The notes under the pieces were generated by a model. It saw only the letters and a list, made by a program, of their open reading frames with translations, was not told where the DNA came from and did no database searches. A stretch of 64,000 nt of DNA, from NCBI GenBank assembly GCA_964016885.1, contig OZ024743.1, positions 25,606,001-25,670,000 of the forward strand, written 5' to 3'. This DNA is from Eledone cirrhosa. Lineage: Eukaryota. The translations under genes were made by a program, and so were the position numbers. Shown piece after piece: positions 56,594 through 64,000 of this stretch (positions are counted from its first letter, which is position 1; each line of letters opens with the position of its first letter).

Positions 56594-57341
56594 AGAGAGA
56601 GAGAGATAGAGAGGGGGTGAGGGCGAGAGAGATACACGTATATATATCTATATACACGCGTATATATATATATGTGTGAGTCTCGGGTTTAATCGGAGGT
56701 AACCACAGTTAGTAAAGAACTCAATATATTAATATAGTGTAAACATCAAGTTTAAAATAGAAATGGCTGCTACAGGACTAGAACTATTTCATTCAGAAGA
56801 AATCAGCAGGCCTTCCTGATGACTTCTTCTAAATGAAACAGGTAATCATGTATCTGCACACATATACACAACTAAATAAATGCTCGCTTTCACACACACA
56901 CATAACCATATCAATATGCGCAAACATTTTTACATCAAACGCACCCTGACCTCATACATACAGTCAAAGCAAATCAATGGAACACACACACCAGCACTAT
57001 CGACTGGGCCACACACTCAGCCACCACAGACATACATAGAGATCCTTGTCCTTCATCATATTTACGTGTGATTTTCATCCAACACTATAAACGTTCCTTT
57101 TTCTGTTCAATACCCAACATTCTTCTTTTTTCATTTTCTCACTTATTTCTCTTTCTTTCCTCGTTTTTTTTTCTTTTCCTTTTTCTTTCGGCCTCCCTGC
57201 TCGTTCTTTCTGGTAGTTTTTTTCTTTCTGATGGAGGTTTAACGAACGACCGAAACGTTGACGACATACATTTATTTTATTTTTCATTTAAGCATTAAAC
57301 TAACATTGCTGTAATTGCTTGCGATTGTAGTTGACCTTGCA

Positions 57342-57399
<58 letters not shown>

Positions 57400-57443
57400 G
57401 ATAAACTCTGCTTAGCGACTCAAACACATTCAGATTTCAATAA

Positions 57444-57556
<113 letters not shown>

Positions 57557-58562
57557 CTTATTGAAATCTGAATGTGTTTGAGTCGCAAAGCAGAGTTTAT
57601 CATTTTCATCCCTCAAGCCTGAGGAACATGAACAATAAACTCTGAGTTTGTTGATATATTGGTAGTGGCTGTGAGAGAAGTTAAACGCAGATTGAAAGAC
57701 TGTGAATAATAAGATAACGGACGAGTGGGTGAATTAAACAAGTAGATGTTATTTTAATTAACAAACATTGATGTGTATAATTCCTTGCATGATGAACGCC
57801 ATTTAAAAACCCAGTATTAGCAAGCTGTCCATATATAGTGTATATTCAACTAAATGAATTAATGATGTCCTGTAATAAATGTTATTGTGGTAGTAATAAC
57901 ATCTAAATAGATTCATGATTCTCTGATTACATTGGCTTCATACTATTGTACACTTTATATTTTATCTTGATTCAGTAACAAAAGACCAGCTCGAGAAATG
58001 TCAGGTGATCGCAGTAACTAGAAATTATGAAAATGACGACTTATTCTTCTATTATTAGTGAATGTCTTATGCCAATACGAAGTCTTTACATCGTGATGAA
58101 TGTAAGCTGATGATTCATTCTAGAAATGCGTCGATATAGTCGATAGGGTTTCAGGATATGTTTGTAAAATAAAAGCTTTGCCAAGATCTATCATGACATA
58201 TGTAGAATAAGTAATTTCTATGTGAATTACAGAATTTTGCCATGAAAATAATGGTGTGGAAACTGTAATAAGCAATAAATGTATTGTATACTGGATTATA
58301 TGTTATAGATTGAATGTTAACTGGTCACTTATGAGATATATTTCAGTAAAAAGGGCGCGAGCGATGATGTCTGGTTAAGAAGTCCGTTTTCCAGCTACGA
58401 GATTTCGAGTTCAATCATACTGTGTAATGGCGTAGTTCTTTTGTTTGTTGTTACAATAGCATCCTGTGAATCAATGTATTTTATAGATAGACATTATGCG
58501 GAGGTTGGTATGTATTCAAAAACATACACATACAAATACAGACACATACACACACACATATA

Positions 58563-58628
<66 letters not shown>

Positions 58629-58964
58629 TATGCGTGTGTTTGTATATATTCGTATGTGTATGTGTATGTATGTGTGTATGTGTGTATAGTGTATGTGTAT
58701 GTACGTGTTTAGATTGTTATGTTTGTGAGGGTCCTGTTGTCAGATAAGTTTCACTTATTTGTAGTTAGATAACTAATCCATTCCTCGATAAGTTTAGTAA
58801 CTAAATAGTTATTTAATTGTCATATTTAATAGACAAATCTCTTGTTCAATGACTGTTAATACCCTTCTGTCTTGCCTCTTTGTTCTTATCTTCTATTTAC
58901 TCTTCCTTTTCTTTCTGTGGTGTGTACGTGGTCAGCGCATACATATGTTCTCATGCTATGTGTG

Positions 58965-60400
58965 TTATAACATGTACTGATACTTCCTAACTAATTTCCT
59001 TGTCATTGGTTTCGGTGCTGGTTGTGGTCCGACTGTTTTTGATGTTGGTGGGGTTACCCGTGTCATTGTTGGTGTTGTTTTTGGTGGTGGTGGTGGTGCA
59101 GCTTTCCGAGCTGACACTGGTGTTGGCAACAAATGAGGTTTGCGACCCCCTGCATGTTTGAGCTGAGGGCAGAAAGCTTGCAGATGCGTTGCTTCCCCGT
59201 AGACGAAGCAGTGCGGCCTTCTCCCCTCAGCGATTAATTGGATTGTTCCCGTCCTGCAGGCGGGCAAAATCCGGTATGTTGTTGATGTCCTCTGGTTTCA
59301 TTTGGAGAAAAATCTCCAAATCCATTCCGGACCAGTCTTCTCTCTCTGTCCTTTTGATATCCAGGAGGGTAGTGTCTGACCCCTCATCGATTACGCTTCC
59401 CAGGAGCCACCATATGTTCATTCCTGGTGCGATCCTGGGAATGCGGACTTTTACTGTGCTTTTTCCCATGTAGGACGGGTGCATGATAATGCGTTCCGTT
59501 CTGCAGGGGGTCACCGTGTGCTTAATAGCAAGGACCTCGGTTTTGACCAGTACCGAGATGGTACCGAACTGCTTGGCCCTTGCTTTATACTCTATGTCAC
59601 TTCCGATGTACTTCAAAGCAGCCTCAACCTCTGCTTGGCTGGCAAGTTCCACTTTGTATGTCTGCACTGAAATGCATCGAAAGTACACCGTCCTCCTTTG
59701 CATGGCCGCTATTTCCCCGTTCGGCATGGTCAGGTTTGCCCAGGACTTCTCCCGTTTCATTAACCTCTACGCCTGGGCCAACTGTTGTTCCTTATCGCTA
59801 ATATCAACATTCAATAAGCGCTTTGTTTTCGCTGCTGCCGCTGCAAGGTGGTGCCTCTGTTGCTCTTGTCGTTCTTGCTGGTGTTCTTGGTGTTGTTGTT
59901 TTGTTTGTTGTTGCTGTTGCCACTGCCATCAGTGTTTACATTGAGGCTGTCGGTGTTATTGTCGTTGTTGTTGTGGTGGAGGTGGTGGTGATGTCGTTTT
60001 GAGAGGGTACTGCTACTATCATAGAAGGGAGCGGTTGTGGTGGTAACTTTTCTGTTTTGCCTTCACATTCAGTGGAATGGACGACAGGCATGTCTGTAGT
60101 AGTAGTAGTAGTTGTAGTGAGATCTACAGTGGTTGTTTTTGAACTTTTGACCTGTACGTTGTTTACCGTTTCAAGGTCGAAAATTTCCATGTTTTTTTTG
60201 GTGGGGAAACGATTTTTTTTTCGAAGTTTTTAAAAATAAATCTGAATATTCGGACTTAAAGCCCGAATATTGAGAGGTCTCCCTTCCTTGGAACCAAGGT
60301 GGGTACCTTCAGCTTCGTTAACGACAAGAAAATACAAAAAATACAAAAAATACTTTAAAACAGCTTAAAGTTACGAACCTTTCCCCCGCAGACTTGTACG
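58965..60400 (-). mobile_element. 5' portion of a non-LTR retrotransposon with a gag-like ORF1 (L1/Tx1-like), disrupted
   Basis: ORFs 59936-60190 (T-rich), 59227-59760 and 58965-59267. GRRPHCFVYGEATHLQAFC is a decayed CX2CX4HX4C knuckle, followed by a P/T-rich tail. Confidence 0.65.
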
Positions 60401-60420
60401 TCTTCATACATTTTTGTAAT

Positions 60421-60835
60421 AATAATTGTTTCTACTTTTGGCACAGGCCAGCAATTATCCTAGTGTATTACTGGTGCTTTATTTTATCGACCTCGTAAGG
60501 ATGAAATGCAAAGTTAACCTCGGCGGGATTTGAACTCAGCCCATAAAGGGTCTGAGTTCAAATCTCGCCGAGGTTAACTTTGCCTTTCATCCTTACGAAG
60601 TCGATAAAATAAAGCACCAATGGTTTCTTATATAGGCACAAGACCAGCAATTTTAGGGGAGGGAAAGGAAGGTCGAGGAAATCGACTCCAGTGTATTACT
60701 GGTACTTTATTTTATCGACCCCGTAAGGATAAAAGGCAAAGTTAACCTCGGTGGGATTAAACGGTGAGACCGTAAAGAGATGTAACTATGCCGCGAAGCA
60801 AGGTGTCCGACGCTCTACCGATTCTGCCAATCAAC
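60421..60835. mobile_element. SINE cluster including a SINE fold-back
   Basis: 60472-60539 is inverted at 60552-60619; a further full copy lies at ~60623-60835. Confidence 0.88.
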
Positions 60836-61358
60836 CAATCGATCAACTCAAGGTACGATCGGTAGGAATCGGGCCCGAGTCTGAAATTGATAGCTCATCA
60901 GACTTGTGCATCCTCAAATCGAGAATCTACAAATCTAATTAGGATACCTGACTGTAGTCAGGTATTCTAATTAGATTTGTAAACATCGAACTGATTGGCA
61001 AAGCAAGTAATCATTCTCTAGTCTGCTACAGTAACTAGCCGGCATACATAGTCTTATGCCTCTGACTATCTGTCGCCCGCCTCTACATCTACCTCTGCCT
61101 ATTTTCCATTACTTCAACGACATCTGCTCCTCTTGACTAGCTAGTTACATCCCACATTCACATAGGCTCACTCGATAGTATCTTCCTCCTGACTAAACCA
61201 TAAAAAACTAAGTGATTAGTGTGAACCTTGGGTAGATGAAACACTCATACATACAGTATACACACAAATGCTTATGCATATGTGAATTACGTGAATAATA
61301 GTACGAGAGATGTGTTTGAAATGAATGTAACATATTGTACATAGATACATAATGATGG

Positions 61359-61441
<83 letters not shown>

Positions 61442-62000
61442 CCTCTCTCTCTTTCTCTCTCTCTCTCACTCTTGCTCTTACTTTTCTCCTCTTTCCTATG
61501 AAACTCGATCATGTTATGCTTATATTCAATTCAGCAATCTATAATGCTAGTATCGAGATTAAAGAAGAAAAGAAAAATACGATATATTAATAACTAGACA
61601 TTAATGAAATAGGCAGCAACTGAAGAATATCTACAGCAAAATGTATAAATCAATTCAAGGATATGTTTTAAGTCTTTTATTTTGCTGTTTCATTTTATTT
61701 ATCTATTTATTTTTTCTTCGAAATTCGTCTGAAATCTCTGAAAGCAGACGATGCATCAATATAGTAACGGCAATAAACTAATAAATAAAAATAGGCAGAA
61801 ATTTGTATGATAAAGGACAAATACAGAAAGGAAAGAACCATATTCAACACGGCAGACTAAGAAAAGATTTAAATAACACAAAATAACAATGTTCGCGCCT
61901 TGTTGACAGTTTGAAAATTCATTTTCCTCCTATCAGCGCCTAATATGTGGGCTGAATTTCTGTAAATTCTTCCCTTAAGTACCATTATTTTCAGGTTATA

Positions 62001-62115
<115 letters not shown>

Positions 62116-62784
62116 AATGTATATACATATATATACATATGTGTGTGTGTGTGTATAGTAATGTTACAAAATAGCAAAGATGAAATATATATATATATTC
62201 ATGTTTAAAGCGCAAATGCGATTGAGAAATGTATAGATTTTTGTGAATGTATAGTACCCCCATTGAATACTGCAAAACATTTTCCGTGCCCCACGCGCCT
62301 ATAGATGCATGCAAATATATGTGTTAATGATTTTTAGCACATATTTTGTGGGAGAATAAATATCGTCTGTTGAATATATCTAAATACATGACTGGTACTA
62401 ATTTTATCGAGCCCTGGTGGTGGTGGTGGTGGTGGTGGTGGTGGTGGTTTTGGTCGTCGTCGTCGGATGTGAATAATGTTGCATGAGAATTAATATTAAG
62501 TTCGGTGGAAGGAGAGAAATGATCATAGCTATTCAGAAGAGAGTCAACTAGACGATCTCACTTGGCCATTTTGGTCAATATTCTTTTTTCCACACCCAAT
62601 AAACAACAGAAAATATTTTCTGGATATGAAACAGAAAATGAATAAGTGTGTCTATGTGTGTGTGTGTGTATGTGTTTGTGTTTGTGTGTATGTGTGTATG
62701 TGTGTGTGTGTGTGTGTTTGTGTGTTTGTGTGTTTGTGTGTATGTATGTATGTATGTGTGTGTGTGGTGTGTGTGTGTGTGTGT

Positions 62785-62893
<109 letters not shown>

Positions 62894-62987
62894 GATTAGC
62901 CACCAAATTCGGAGACCCAATCATTTAAAGATGTATAATAAAATTAACTCTACTTCTAAAATCACATCTATTGTGATATCTGGTATA

Positions 62988-63155
62988 CAGTGAAATTCCA
63001 TTATAACGAAATTGCCGTAGGTAGGAAAAAATTCGTTGTAACGAAAAATCTTTATAACGAGATCGACCGAAACAAATAGAGCGTTTGTTTGTTATTACCT
63101 CGTTATAACTGAAAAATTCATTGTAATGGTACTTGTTATAACGGAATTTTACCTG
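62988..63155. mobile_element. Tigger/pogo-type MITE
   Basis: TA|CAGTGAAATTCCATTATAAC ... GTTATAACGGAATTTTACCTG|TA, with internal TTATAACGA repeats. Confidence 0.8.
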
Positions 63156-63287
63156 TATATATCATTTACACACGGAACAGAAAGGGCTACCTAAAGTTTC
63201 AAGGTTCAATTATGACCATCTCCCCAGATTGGACAACATTGGAACTTTAGGTAGCTCTTTGTTTTTCCATGTATAAAAATAAATGAA

Positions 63288-63329
<42 letters not shown>

Positions 63330-63942
63330 CAATTTGTATTGGTTGCCCTACATAGCGATGTACATATAAATGTAGGTATTTATATTGAATAATATACGGG
63401 GTATTTCTAAAAAAAACATTTGCAGGCATTTCGCTATGAAATTTTAAGTTTGTTGTGACCCTCATCACACTCCTAGTCTCAACGACAACAGAGGCAGGTG
63501 ATCGCTGATGCCATCGTTTCTAATAGCATTTATTGAAACTACATATCTCCCTGCTGTTGCTGAAACTAAAGATATTCAGTGTTACATAGAATGGTACAAG
63601 TCAGACCCTTCGAATTACAGGTACATCTTATTTTTACCAGATAAGTGAACTAGAGCTACGCTTCTACCGGAATTGAACTCACGTCCTTGAATCTTGAACC
63701 GAAAACTTAAACTACAACGCCACGTGCTTTTACATTGCGTTAATTAATAGTATGATATGGTATGATATGGACTTGTAAATCCTGAGGGAGTCGTAGGGGC
63801 GCCATATTGACATACTGCATTGCTAGGGCATTTTTTAAACCTGGCGGAGCCCATCTCCTCTCCAGGCCTAAATACAGCAGATTTCTTCCTGGGAAGTATA
63901 GAGAGAGTGAGAGAAAGGAAGTGAGATAGAGATGTAGAGGAA

Positions 63943-64000
63943 GAATTGACCCCAGTATTTGACTGGTACTTTTTTTATCGACCATTAATGGATGAAAGGC
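63943..64000 (-). mobile_element. SINE fragment running off the window
   Basis: GACCCCAGTATTTGACTGGTACTTTTTTTATCGACC...GGATGAAAGGC. Confidence 0.8.

Noticed and set aside
58105-58140. CTGATGA...GAAA...TC hammerhead-like string
   Set aside because: No stem I or stem II pairing.

Overview
This is AT-rich eukaryotic non-coding DNA saturated with (TA)n, (CA)n, (GA)n and (TACA)n microsatellites. The tRNA-head/Nin(Deu)-domain SINE and the repeat make-up resemble an octopod cephalopod genome (inference). Almost all ORFs in the supplied track are microsatellite artefacts, and no complete host gene is visible, only one or two candidate short exons. The real coding remnants are mobile elements: three different Penelope-like retroelements (PLEs; Naiad-type, Neptune-type and a third type), R4/Dong-like and CRE-like restriction-endonuclease LINE ends, RTE ends, a gag-like ORF1, Tc1/mariner and hATm-like fragments, and MITEs. 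The most striking signal is a dense population of hammerhead-ribozyme (HHR)-bearing PLE termini inserted in (TA)n tracts: about ten readable HHRs from at least six sequence families. Many occur as asymmetric fold-back hairpins whose apex falls in or beside the ribozyme. There is also a head-to-head fusion of two unrelated PLEs with a legible slip/snap-back/template-jump scar at 43689-43794. All alignments and folds were done by eye, so coordinates are approximate to a few bases.
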